This document shows positions 29,120-39,600 of a stretch of DNA of 64,000 nt, one piece after another (within the stretch, counting starts at the first letter, position 1; every line of letters begins with the position of its first letter). Both the position numbers and the translations under genes were made by a program. Location of the stretch: NCBI GenBank assembly GCA_965242545.1, contig OZ251456.1, forward strand, positions 2,618,775 through 2,682,774. The letters are read 5' to 3'. The notes below the pieces were generated by a model. The model saw only the letters and a program-made list of their open reading frames with translations, was not told the DNA's origin and ran no database searches. Source of the stretch: a bacterium. Lineage in GTDB: Bacteria > UBA8248.

Positions 29120-29765
29120 AAATATGCTCAAAGGGGATCCGCCGCCAATCCGGATCCTGCTGGTCGAAGGGCAGGATGATCGCCATTTCGTTCAGCAACT
29201 ATGGGACAAGCATTGCGCCGAAAAGCCGCCATTTTCCATATCAGACAAAGGCGGCGTCGGCAGTCTCATCGAAGCGATTCGTCTGGAAATCAAGGATTCC
29301 GGTAGAGAGGCTCTTGGAATCTTGGCGGACGCGAACGGCGACATCGCGCAAAAGTGGCAAGAAATAACCGATGAAATCAAAAAAGAGCGTGGCCATCTGA
29401 ATCTCAAATCAGATCAAATCCCTCGGAAGTCCAAGCCGGCCGGAACGATTATCGACTGCAAGCCGCGAATCGGAATCTGGTTGATGCCCGACAACAAATC
29501 GCCCGGCGAGCTCGAGGACTTCGCGGCGAAGATGGTGCCCAAGAATGATTCCGTCTGGCCTCTCTCCGAGGAATACATCGAAAATATCCCCAAGAATGAA
29601 CGCAAGTTCGCTCCCGACAAAACACCAAAAGCCAAGCTGTTCGCATGGCTCGCCGCGAGAAAGGAACCCGGCCGCATGGGAGCGGCCGTCGGCGCGGGTG
29701 ATTTAACCCTGAACAACGAGCCGAGCAGGAAATTTCTGAAATGGCTGTCCGAACTATTCCGATAA
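29109..29765 (+). CDS. DUF3226-like TOPRIM-related protein
   Basis: LLVEGQDD, GILADAN, GIWLMPDNKSPGELEDF; overlaps the ATPase stop. Confidence 0.75.
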   Translation: MSGKNMLKGDPPPIRILLVEGQDDRHFVQQLWDKHCAEKPPFSISDKGGVGSLIEAIRLEIKDSGREALGILADANGDIAQKWQEITDEIKKERGHLNLKSDQIPRKSKPAGTIIDCKPRIGIWLMPDNKSPGELEDFAAKMVPKNDSVWPLSEEYIENIPKNERKFAPDKTPKAKLFAWLAARKEPGRMGAAVGAGDLTLNNEPSRKFLKWLSELFR

Positions 29766-29848
29766 AACCCGGCGCGCGCCGGCGACTACCCCCCTCATCC
29801 GCTCTCCCTCAAACCCGGCGATGGCGGCGCGGCGGAAGATGAGCTCGC

Positions 29849-30472
29849 TCACTCCCCCGCAAGCCACCTCTCGGCCTCCTCGCGGACGGCGCGCTCCTCC
29901 GCGCTGTTCTGAAGAACGAGGTTCGAGGCGGGCGGGTGGCCGATTCGGGCGTTTCGCCAGCAATGGCAACGAATGGCGCGGGGGTATCCTCCCAGGTCGA
30001 TGGAGGCGTAAAACGAAGCGGGCAGCTCATCGGGCCTGCAGGGGTCCATCCTGTCCTTTTCATAGACGTTGGTTCGCTTCCAAATCCGCCACGCGCCCTC
30101 GCGCTTCTCGAGCAGGACGACGACGCGGCTCCAGGTGGTGAAGTCCAGCTCCACCCCGTCGATGAGCCTTCTCTGGTAGAGAATCAGATCCTGCTCCGCC
30201 GCCGCCCGGTCGCCCTTGAGGCGCACCCAGGGACTCGCCGCGACGTGCTTCTGGCTCTCTCCCGGATGGCGGGCGATCTTCATCCTCCGCGCGGCTTCGA
30301 TGAATTCGTCCCGCGTTCCGGTGAACCAGGAGGTGGCGAGCGTGGCGTCCGGGTGATAGCGCGCCCGCAGCTCCTCCCAAAGCCCCGAGTCCCGCGCGTA
30401 ATTCACCGTCGAAACCACATCCCTGATCTCGCTCCTGTCCAGCGTCTCCTGAATTTTTCGATCCGCTTCCAT
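29849..30472 (-). CDS. SnoaL/NTF2-like protein
   Basis: RDSGLWEEL..YHPDA, WRIWKRTNVYEKDRMDP. Confidence 0.8.
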   Translation of the reverse strand: MEADRKIQETLDRSEIRDVVSTVNYARDSGLWEELRARYHPDATLATSWFTGTRDEFIEAARRMKIARHPGESQKHVAASPWVRLKGDRAAAEQDLILYQRRLIDGVELDFTTWSRVVVLLEKREGAWRIWKRTNVYEKDRMDPCRPDELPASFYASIDLGGYPRAIRCHCWRNARIGHPPASNLVLQNSAEERAVREEAERWLAGE

Positions 30473-30486
30473 GAAATTCCCCGCGC

Positions 30487-30882
30487 TCAGATGAACTCGT
30501 GAACTTCGGCGAACATTCCCTTGACGATTCCGCCGCTCAAATGGCCGACCAGGACTTCCCCGGGCTGGTAGGGCCCTCCGCTCAGCGCCAGATGGAGATG
30601 AACGTAGGGCTGGGGCTCGTCCCACGCCTCGTCCCCCAGAACGGCGGGAGGCCTCTCCGGCCAGCTGATGCTCCCCACGGCGACGAGTTCGCGCCAGTCG
30701 TGGAAGCGGCGCCGCGCGGCGGGTCCGATGATTTCCCCAAAGCCCGTTCGGATGTCGGATTCCTTCAGCGCGCCGAACACGATGAGCGAGGCGCTTCGTA
30801 TGTTCTCCTTCTTCACGAAGCGATTGAACTCCTCGAAGAAATCGTCGTCCTCGTCGAACTCCAGATGAAAGACGCGGCCCAT
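30487..30882 (-). CDS. PPC domain (DUF296) protein
   Basis: ELVAVGSI, PYVHLHLALS, GHL. Confidence 0.8.
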   Translation of the reverse strand: MGRVFHLEFDEDDDFFEEFNRFVKKENIRSASLIVFGALKESDIRTGFGEIIGPAARRRFHDWRELVAVGSISWPERPPAVLGDEAWDEPQPYVHLHLALSGGPYQPGEVLVGHLSGGIVKGMFAEVHEFI

Positions 30883-30892
30883 CCTCTTCTCC

Positions 30893-31774
30893 TCAGCCCG
30901 CATGTCCCGACCCCTCCCTCACCTCCGCGTAGAGGTTCTCGAGCCCCCGCCGAAAGGTTCGCCTCCTGTGCTCGATCCAGGACGCGCCCCGAGACCCGTC
31001 GGACCAGAAGAATTTCTCGAACGCGGGCGCGGCGGCGGCTTCCTCCCGCTCCATTCCTTTTTCCGCGAGCCTTTCCATGATTCCCCACATCTCCAAAAAA
31101 TCGTTTCTGAGGCGCCGCACCTCCCCGACGCCGCAGATTTCCCCATGTCCGGGAACGACGTGCGACACGGGCAGGCTTTCGATCCATCGGAGCGCGTCGA
31201 TCCATTCCCGAAAGCGGGCCTCGCGCATTCCAGGCCCCGGCTCGTTGATCATCACGTCACCCGTGAAGATGACGCCCTCCTCGGGCACGTACACCGAGGC
31301 GCAGGCGGGGGTGTGGCCGCCCAGACAAAAAATCTCGAACGTCAGGGGATGGAGATGAACCGTCATTTTCTTCTCGAAGAGCACCTGCGGCAGGGGGAGG
31401 ACGGCCTCCGCGATTTCGTTCGCCTCGTCAGTTTCGCCCATGTCGTTCAAGGCGTTGATGAAGGTCTCGCGGCCCGCGAGGGAGCCGCGCCGCGCGCCGG
31501 CGAGCTTCTCGAACACCCGCGCGGAGGCGATCGAAACAATCCCCTCGTCCTCGATGAACGCGGCGCCGATGACGTGATCGCCGTGATAATCCGTCGAAAT
31601 GCGGCAGCGGACGCCTTTCGGACTGAGGAGCGCGAGTTCCTTCAGCCAGCGGCGCGAATCCGAGGGCCGCACGGGACAGTCGATGAGAACCGCGCCCGCC
31701 TCGGTAATCCCGGCCCCCACGTTCGCCCAGAGATATTCCGTCTCCGCCACCAGACGATCGCTCAGGCGCCGCAC
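30893..31774 (-). CDS. MBL-fold metallo-hydrolase (cyclase-like)
   Basis: TDYHGDH, GGHT, FTGD, VPGHG. Confidence 0.88.
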   Translation of the reverse strand: MRRLSDRLVAETEYLWANVGAGITEAGAVLIDCPVRPSDSRRWLKELALLSPKGVRCRISTDYHGDHVIGAAFIEDEGIVSIASARVFEKLAGARRGSLAGRETFINALNDMGETDEANEIAEAVLPLPQVLFEKKMTVHLHPLTFEIFCLGGHTPACASVYVPEEGVIFTGDVMINEPGPGMREARFREWIDALRWIESLPVSHVVPGHGEICGVGEVRRLRNDFLEMWGIMERLAEKGMEREEAAAAPAFEKFFWSDGSRGASWIEHRRRTFRRGLENLYAEVREGSGHAG

Positions 31775-32060
31775 GGCTCACGCCCCGTCCGTCAGCCGGG
31801 AGGCCGGACAAATGGAGCGGCGACCCGTTCCGATCGTGAAAAAACGCTTCATCCCGACTTCCATCCCCTGCGGGGGCCACGGTCTCCGGCCCGACCCAGG
31901 CGCCCCGGCTTCATCGCGCGCCGCGAAAAGGCCCGCGACTCAATGGTCGCCCCGGGTCACTCGCGCGCTCCTCGCGCCGTCTTGTCCCCGGAAACCCGCT
32001 GACGGGGGCGCAAACGTCCGCCCCCGCCATGATCGTCCGCCTCTCCCGAACGCCTGCGCC

Positions 32061-33050
32061 TCACTCCCTGATCTTGACCCCGGCGTTCTTGTAGATGTTC
32101 TTGTTGCTGTCGTACTCCGCCTTCAACTCCTTCAGGAGCTTCTCCCCGACGACCGGCTCCGGGCGAACGCCCATCTTCTTGAGAAGACGCTTGAAGGTCT
32201 TGTCCTTGGCCATCTTCAGCAGGGCTTTCGTCAGAATCTCGATGCGATCCCCGGGCGTTCCGGCGGGCGCCATGATGATGCGCTTCGAGGAGAGGAGAAG
32301 ATCCACCCCCTGCTCCCTGAAGGTCGGAACGTCCGGGAAAAGCGGAAAGCGCTTCGCGGCGGCGACGCCCAGAATGCGGATCTTGCCCGACTTGTAGTTC
32401 GAGAGAACGCCCCCCGTCGCCGGGTTGGCTCCCGCCGTGTCCACGTGTCCGCCCAGCATGGCGAGCATGGCGGGGCCGCCCCCGCGGAAGGGAACGTGGT
32501 TCAGCGTCGTCTTCGTGTCGTAGGCGATCTTCATGAGCATGGTGTGGCTGAGGCCGTACGTTCCCGTGGAGCCGTGCATGACCTTGCCCTTGCTCTTTTT
32601 CGCCGCCGCGATGTATTCCTTGAAATTCTTCCACGGCCTGTTCCCCAGCGTGACCAGCAGGTAGGGAAGCTCGTTGATCTGAAAGACGGGGATGAAGTCC
32701 CTGAAGGGATCGAACCCCATGTCCTTCACGTGGGGGGACATGTAGAGGTGGCTGTTCGCGCCCATCGCGAGGGTGTAGCCGTCCGGCCTGGCCCGCTTGA
32801 GCGCGCCCATCCCTATCTTTCCGCCGCCGCCCGGCATGAGCTGCACGAACGCCGGCTGGCCGATGTACTGGTGCAGAACGCTGGCCACGGCGCGCGCGTG
32901 AAGATCGTGCGATCCTCCCGCGCCGAGGGGCACGATGATCTTGATGGGCTTGGAGGGATACTTCTCGGCCCCGGCGGGAAGGGCGCCGAAAGCGAGAAGG
33001 CCGAGCGACAGAATTGCCGCCAAAGCGATTTGCCATGATTTGCGCGTCAT
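32061..33050 (-). CDS. tctC: Tripartite tricarboxylate transporter substrate-binding protein (TctC/Bug)
   Basis: YPSKPIKIIVP..GGSHD, PDGYTL, VPFRGGG, PDVPTF. Confidence 0.92.
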   Translation of the reverse strand: MTRKSWQIALAAILSLGLLAFGALPAGAEKYPSKPIKIIVPLGAGGSHDLHARAVASVLHQYIGQPAFVQLMPGGGGKIGMGALKRARPDGYTLAMGANSHLYMSPHVKDMGFDPFRDFIPVFQINELPYLLVTLGNRPWKNFKEYIAAAKKSKGKVMHGSTGTYGLSHTMLMKIAYDTKTTLNHVPFRGGGPAMLAMLGGHVDTAGANPATGGVLSNYKSGKIRILGVAAAKRFPLFPDVPTFREQGVDLLLSSKRIIMAPAGTPGDRIEILTKALLKMAKDKTFKRLLKKMGVRPEPVVGEKLLKELKAEYDSNKNIYKNAGVKIRE

Positions 33051-34585
33051 CCTGAATCCTCCTTTGAATGGGGCGAATCGGCCCGCGTCCGCGGCGCCAG
33101 CGTCGAAGCCCAGGGCCGCCTCCAAATGCTCAGCGCCAGCATCAGCGCGGTCATGGCGATGAAAAAAGCCGCGATGGGACGGGTGAGGAAAATGGAATAA
33201 TCACCCCGTGAAATGATGAGCGCCTGCTGCAGGGCCTCCTCCGCCCGGGGCGCGAGGATGAACGCGATGACGAGCGGGGCCAGGGGAAACTTCAGCTTCC
33301 GGAGTCCGTAGCCGAACAGGCCCGCGACGAGCGCGAGAACGAGGTCCCCCAGGTTGCTGTGATAGACGTACGCCCCCACGAGGCAGGAGAGAATGATGCC
33401 CGGCACCAGGATCGACTGACGGATGGTGACGATTTTGGCGAACATGCCCGTGAGCAGCCAGCCCTGGACCAGCATGATGGGGTTTCCCAGAAGGAGCAGC
33501 GTGAAGATGGCGTACATGGTGGGGGCGTGCTCCTGAAAAAGACTCGGCCCCGGCCGCAGCCCCTGGGCGATGAACGCGCCCATGAGAATCGCCGCGCTGG
33601 GGTCGCCCGGGATTCCAAACGTGAGGGTGGGGATGAGGTCCGCTCCCGCAACCGCGCTGTTGGCCGACTCCGACGCCGCGACGCCCTCGTAGCTGCCGCG
33701 GCCGAACTCCTCCGGCCGCTTCGACGCCCGCTTCGCCGCCGCGTAGCTGACGAAGGTGGCGATGGCCGCTCCCGTCCCCGGAATCGCGCCGACGAAGGTG
33801 CCTATCATGGATGATCGCACGATGGTTCGGGCGGAGCGCCATACCTCGACGATCCTGAGTTTTCTGCCCCCCCGCAGGCGCAGGGCTTCGGGCGGGCGCG
33901 CCAGATCGACGGCCCGCTTCTCCGCCTGGATGAACACCTCGCTGACGGCGAAAAGCCCGATGAGCAGGGGCACCACCCCCACTCCCTCGGCCAGGCCGGG
34001 AAGCCCGAACGTGAAGCGCTCGCCTCCCGAGATGATGTCCGTGCCCACCATTCCGAGCTGGAGTCCAATCAGGGCGGAGAGCACTCCCTTCACCACGGAG
34101 GCTCCCGTCACGCTGGAGATGATGGCCATCCCCATCAGCAGAAGTCCGAAAAACTCGGCCGGCCCGAACAGGAGCGCCACCGCGGCCAAAGGAAGCGCCG
34201 CCAGGATAAGCACGAGATCACTGAAAGTATCGCCGATGGTGGAGGAATACAGCGCCATCTGAATGGCGCTCCTGGCCTCGCCCTTCTGCGCGAGCGGAAA
34301 CCCGTCCATGCAGGTCGCGGCGGCGGGCGCCGTCCCCGGCGTGTTGACCAGGATGGCGGGGATGGAGCCCCCGAAGAGCGTCCCCTTGTGAATGCCCAGC
34401 AGAAAGGGGATGCCCAGCACCGGCGGCATGAAAAAAGAGAAGGGAACCAGAATCGCCGTCGCCATGACGCTGGTGAGGCCCGGAATGGCGCCCACCGTGA
34501 TGCCCACGAAGACGCCCACCGCGATCATGGCCAGCCCCTGCCACGTGAGCGCCATGGCGACCCCCTGGATGATTTGCTCGAACAT
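33047..34585 (-). CDS. tctA: Tripartite tricarboxylate transporter permease TctA
   Basis: GAIPG, NTPGT, DGFPLA, ESANSA, PTLTFGIPGD. Confidence 0.93.
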   Translation of the reverse strand: MFEQIIQGVAMALTWQGLAMIAVGVFVGITVGAIPGLTSVMATAILVPFSFFMPPVLGIPFLLGIHKGTLFGGSIPAILVNTPGTAPAAATCMDGFPLAQKGEARSAIQMALYSSTIGDTFSDLVLILAALPLAAVALLFGPAEFFGLLLMGMAIISSVTGASVVKGVLSALIGLQLGMVGTDIISGGERFTFGLPGLAEGVGVVPLLIGLFAVSEVFIQAEKRAVDLARPPEALRLRGGRKLRIVEVWRSARTIVRSSMIGTFVGAIPGTGAAIATFVSYAAAKRASKRPEEFGRGSYEGVAASESANSAVAGADLIPTLTFGIPGDPSAAILMGAFIAQGLRPGPSLFQEHAPTMYAIFTLLLLGNPIMLVQGWLLTGMFAKIVTIRQSILVPGIILSCLVGAYVYHSNLGDLVLALVAGLFGYGLRKLKFPLAPLVIAFILAPRAEEALQQALIISRGDYSIFLTRPIAAFFIAMTALMLALSIWRRPWASTLAPRTRADSPHSKEDSG

Positions 34586-34594
34586 GCCGCGCCC

Positions 34595-35077
34595 TTAATG
34601 AAAGAGGCTGCCCTGGGGCAGCGCCAGCTTGAAGGCGAACCAGAAGAAGTAATTCACCCCGATGGGGAACAGAACGGCCATGGGCGCGACGTATCGCCAG
34701 TCCCGCGTTCCCATGAGCGTCATCAGGACGGCGAGAAAAACGGGAGAGCTCAGCAGGAAGCCGAAATACGCCAAAGACTCGACGTAGGCGTAGCAGATGA
34801 CGAAGACCACGAAGACCTGGATGAGCGCCCTTCCGCTCGCGAGCGCCCGCGCGGGCCCTTCACTTCTTCTGAGCGCCCCGAACAGAAGCATGGCGCTCAC
34901 CGCCGCGAAGACGACGACGGAGGCGGTGGGGAAGAAGGTCGGCAGGAAGACCGCGTTAGAGACGTCTTCCGGCGGAATGGAATACTGAATCTGCGTCGGG
35001 ATGATATGGAAAAAGCCGACGGCGCTGTAGAGCAGAAGAACGATTGCCGCGCAGACATCGGCTTTTCTCACGTCCAC
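34595..35077 (-). CDS. tctB: Tripartite tricarboxylate transporter TctB
   Basis: Several TM helices, FKLALPQG C-terminus, upstream of tctA. Confidence 0.82.
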   Translation of the reverse strand: MDVRKADVCAAIVLLLYSAVGFFHIIPTQIQYSIPPEDVSNAVFLPTFFPTASVVVFAAVSAMLLFGALRRSEGPARALASGRALIQVFVVFVICYAYVESLAYFGFLLSSPVFLAVLMTLMGTRDWRYVAPMAVLFPIGVNYFFWFAFKLALPQGSLFH

Positions 35078-35413
35078 TCCCCTCCGTGGATGCGGAATGC
35101 GCGCCGTCCTCGCTCATGCCGCCGACGAGGAAGCTGCCCAATTCCGGGACGCGCGGCCATTTTTCGCTTCATCTTTTTTCGTTGTAAAGCAGAGTCTAAC
35201 AGGAATCGCTCCGCGTGTCACCCCGCAATCGGAAGCGGATTTTCCGCAAGGCGGGGCGCGCCGCCAACGCCGCTTCACGCGGGCGCCCCGAGCGCTTGGC
35301 GCTTCCACTCGTCAGGGAGGCGCCCCGATGCCCGCGTGAAAAATTTCGTCGGCTATGGGAAGATTCCGTGGAGAAAGCAACGGAAAATCGATACCGGGAA
35401 GGGGGGGCAATCA

Positions 35414-36151
35414 ATGGACCGGGGAATCTGGGCGGTATGGTATGACCTTCCCGAGGAGGGAGAAGCCGAATACCTCTCCTGGCTCCACGAAGTCCATATC
35501 CCCGAAGCGCTCGGACGGCCGGGCTACCTGTGGGCGGCGCACGTCAGGAACGTCGTAACCCGGGAGCGCGAGGAGCGCATTCGGGGAATCGTCCATCATA
35601 CCGACGACGCGGGCGTCCCCGCGGGCGTCCGGTATCTGATGCTCTTCGGCGCCCTGGGGCCGGCCGTTTTTCTCGATCCGTCTCCCGAGCAGATGGAGGA
35701 GAAGATGGCCTCCGAGGAGCGCGAAATGCTCGGACGCCGAAGGGGCGCGCGCTCGTGCATTTTCATGGAGCACAGCCGGATCGACGGGCCCGAGGCGAAA
35801 ACCCGGGCGCCGGGCCTCACGCCGGGCCCCGGCATCCAGTTCGGAACCTTCAACGTCAACGCCGTCGAAAACGAGGACGAGCTGGGGTGCTGGTACGCCC
35901 AGGAGCGGATGCCCCGACTGAGGAGGATGAAGGGATGCGTCGGGGCGCGCAATCTGGTCTCGGTCTCCGGCTGGGCCAAGCACGGCGTCCTCTACGAATG
36001 GGTCTCCCTGGAATCCCTCCAGGAAAACTTCATCACGGAGAAGATACCCCGCTCGCGCCGGGCGGTGAGCACCCTGGTCCACGCCCCCAGCTCTCCCAGC
36101 GTGGGGGAGCGCGTCTGGCCGCCGGTGCGAGGCGCGCGGCTCTCGGGCTGA
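35414..36151 (+). CDS. Hypothetical protein (tandem EthD/DUF4286-like domains)
   Basis: Repeated pattern WLHEVHIPE..RPG and WYAQERMP..MKG. Confidence 0.7.
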   Translation: MDRGIWAVWYDLPEEGEAEYLSWLHEVHIPEALGRPGYLWAAHVRNVVTREREERIRGIVHHTDDAGVPAGVRYLMLFGALGPAVFLDPSPEQMEEKMASEEREMLGRRRGARSCIFMEHSRIDGPEAKTRAPGLTPGPGIQFGTFNVNAVENEDELGCWYAQERMPRLRRMKGCVGARNLVSVSGWAKHGVLYEWVSLESLQENFITEKIPRSRRAVSTLVHAPSSPSVGERVWPPVRGARLSG

Positions 36152-36255
36152 ACCCGCTTCTCAAAAGGCGGGCTTCGCTTAGGAGAGCGCAGCGCGCGCC
36201 TCGGGGACAGAGGCCGCCCAAAGACCATTCGGGAAACTTTCAGGTCGGAACGTCG

Positions 36256-36365
36256 AAGTCCTCCCCGTCAATACCCGAGCTTCGAGAATCCCTCGAAGAA
36301 GCGCGCCAGGAACTTCTCGGCGCGGAGAACGCCCGCCACCCGCGCGTATTCGTTCGCCGCGCGCT
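36256..36365. repeat. Left copy of a ~110-bp direct repeat (3' end of the M20 peptidase gene) flanking the Cas9 module
   Basis: Matches 40038-40148 with one C indel and one substitution. Confidence 0.92.
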
Positions 36366-36464
36366 GTGGTTTGCGGCCACTTCTCGACTTGCTACAATTC
36401 CTTCACCCATATTCGCGTGGCCTTATGGGCTGTGGTTTGCGGCCACTTCTCGACTTGCTACAAT
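36363..36464 (+). CRISPR. Minimal type II-C CRISPR array: 2 identical 36-bp repeats, one 30-bp spacer
   Basis: Repeat GCTGTGGTTTGCGGCCACTTCTCGACTTGCTACAAT at 36363-36398 and 36429-36464; spacer TCCTTCACCCATATTCGCGTGGCCTTATGG; adjacent to cas9; anti-repeat present. Confidence 0.92.
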
Positions 36465-36608
36465 GGGCGCGCTGTAAGGATTTGAAAAAATGTTGCTTCC
36501 GCCCGCTTACCGGCTGAAAACTGGTCGGCGAGCGGGCGGAGGCGGCAACCCCTCCTGATTTTTCGATTCCCCCGGTTTTGAAGTTTTTTGGATTATCGCT
36601 TGACCGGC

Positions 36609-39600
36609 TCAATCTTTCGACGGGCGGATGCGGCCGATAGGGTCCACAGACAGCTTCTTCGGCCGTCTTTTCATAAACCCCACAAAGCGAGGTACAAAAT
36701 CCTTTCGCTTGCCGCTCATCCCCAGTTCGCGCGCTTCTTTCAGGGACGTCGGGCGCGCGTCATTGACGCGCGCGAGGGTCGGACGGCCTGCCGATGCGAT
36801 ACCATGCACAACCCACAATCCCTTCTCCTCGCCCTCTAGAAGCTCAATTATATCACCCAGCGACAGAGACATGATGAGCTTCGCGCCGTCAGTCCGTTTG
36901 CGCCGCACGACATCTTCCCTTCTCGACAAACGCCGCGCCGCATCGAACAAGCTGACGACTTCAAAATCGACCCCGCCACCGGGCAGGCAATAGATAGCCA
37001 TGTGGTGATTTTCATGCTTTGCGGCGTAGCCCGTCCCGACGCGAGCCACCAGACTCCGTTGCCGCTTCTTCCACAGGCGCGCCTTGCGGATTTCGGGGCC
37101 CTTTCGTCCCCGCTTCGGATAAGGGGGAAACGCTTTCTTTGGCTCTCCACCATGCTTCTCGACCCAATCCCCGACGATTTCCCGCACACCATCGTCCCGA
37201 ATTTCCTCCAATTCGCTCTTGCTCAGTTCCTCGACTTTCTTGCGCGTAACGAAATAGCGATAAATCGTCCCGTCCGGGCCCGTCTCTTCTTTTTTCGCGT
37301 CGCCCCAAACCATATCCCTGTGCAACGGGCCGGACACTTTCTTGCGGACGCGATGGGACACTACGATCCCGGCGACGGCCTTTTCCGCCTCAACGCGAAT
37401 CGTCGCCCAAGGCGGAGCAAGTTGCGGTTTCCGGGCGCCGGGATTTTCCCTGGCCTGCCAGTAGCTGGACAGCTTATGCGTCATGCCGGGATGCGCGCAG
37501 GCGACCACCAGCGCGTCGATAGCGTGGTGGCGATGGTCGTCGCGCGTCTTCTCTCCGTCTTCGGCGAGAATGTTGTTGAGGCGCCACCATCGGCGCAACT
37601 GCCCCGTAACGCGGCCGGATACGGCCTGCACTGTAACAGGCGCTTCCGGCCCACGGTCCGGCCATAACTGCTTCAAAAAGGCGACGGCCTCCCGCGCGGC
37701 GTATCCCGTGTCGTTGAGCTGACGATCGGCGAAGCCTTCAGGAATCCGCCGCGCCAGAAAGCGCTTGATCTTGCCCGGCGACATGCCGATTCCGCCTCTG
37801 GTGGCCTTCATGTCTTCCAGACGCTTCTCGAGCTTCGCCCACTCTTCCTCATCTCCTGAGAGATATTCAAACGGGATGCGATTGCCTTTTTCGAGATTCA
37901 CGTCCCGGCGGCAAAGGGTCTTGTTCCTGAAAGCGTTGTCAAAGGATTTGGAGCGCGGCCAGATATGCTCGACCTGAAAATCATTGCTGTGAAACAGAGC
38001 GGCGAAGCCGATTGGGTCTCCCGTATAAGGGCAGAAATGCCCGCATTCCTCCCAGAGCATCCACTTTTCGACGTCATCGCGCGAAGGATTGGCGATGTCG
38101 CGCTTTTCGAGCTCTTCCTTTGCTTTTTTCCGACGTCTTGCCTGTCGGGCGATCCCTTGCCGCCTTTCCTCGCGCTGGCGCTTCGACATGCCGACGTCGC
38201 GCGCCAGTTCGACGCGAATCAGGTCCGGCTTGCCGAACACTCGGATGAGGTTGTTGGCGACCTTGCGGAGCTCGTTGCGCGCTCGCGCGACCGTGGGGTT
38301 GCGCAGTTTGGCGACGCGCTTCCTCTCTTCCGGATCCGTCGGACTCGGCAAGAGATCACGGGCCTCGCCCGTCGGTCGCTCCATTCCCGGAAAAGTTTCC
38401 TGCCGCCAAGCTTCCCACTCGGGGCCGTTCACGAGGGCGCCGAACCGCTCGCCGGCTTCGAGATGGGGCAGAAACGCCTGCAGAGCCTCGAACGAATAGG
38501 GCTCCCACCCCGCGGATAGTTTGAGGCCCTTCAGCTTCTCGGCCTGCTCTTCGGTTATGCCGAAATCATCAATGAAGCTTCCCGCGACCCTCTCCCGATT
38601 CGCCTTGCGTTTTTTCGCCGACAGGATAACCACGCGCTGCGCGTCGGTTCCTCCGTGATCCGTCCGCCGCTTGCCGACTTCCCCATAGTCCGCCCGCCAA
38701 AGACGCTCGGCAACGGCGTCCCGTATCTCCTGCCTGTGGGGGTGCTTTACCCATTCGCGGCCGAAAATCTCCGTCAGTTTCGCTTCGAGCGGGTTGCCGA
38801 TGAGCTTTTTCTCGCCCCCTACCTCCAGATTGAACTTCAGGCGCCTCTCCGCTCCCAACCTGCCGCGATCCCGGTATAGAGGCTTGAGCGCGCCGCGAAC
38901 TCCGCCCCAGGTCATGGAAGACTGGGCTTGCAGTCGATCAAGAATCGCCCGACGCTCCTCCTTATCGAGAAGCCCCCTTTTTCCGCGGACGAACTCAAGG
39001 TTGTTGAGTTTCTCCAACATGCGCCTCTGCTGCGAAAGCCATGACCCTTTGGGGCATAGCGGCGCATCGGGAGCGAAGCGGCATTCTCCGAGCGTATTCT
39101 TGCGCCAGAACGTGGGCCGCTGGGAGAAAATCGCCTCGTGGATAGATTTCCTCAAACTTTCAGTCCGAAGCGCGGCAAGATGCTCTTTCTGTCCACTCCA
39201 AATCTTGTTGAACTCATCCTCGACGTGCTTGCGCGTCGCGTGCGCGCCCCGTTTCCGCTCGCGAGGCCCGCGTTTCGAGAGCCACGCCCCAAGCGAAATA
39301 TCTTCGTTCTCCAGTATCTCTATCGTTGACTCCCGGTCGGTCTTGGCTTTCTTCTCATCGGCAATCATTTCCTTATCTTTTCCGTCGGCCGTTTCAGCGT
39401 CGTCCGAAACTTCGTCGATATCACGTCCCTTGAAATGCCGACGCTTGGCTAGATGGTAGATCGCCCTCCCGAACTCATGCGGCGAGAGAGCTTCGCCCTT
39501 GAAAGCCCGTTTTCTGAACTTGTAGGGGTCGCATTTCATCACCTCATGCCATTCGGTCGATCCATAGGATGGAAGCAAGCCGGCTTCAGACAGCAACTCA

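Noticed and set aside
36465-36608. cas1/cas2 remnant
   Set aside because: Only ~144 bp, and no recognisable Cas1/Cas2 motif in the frames I read.
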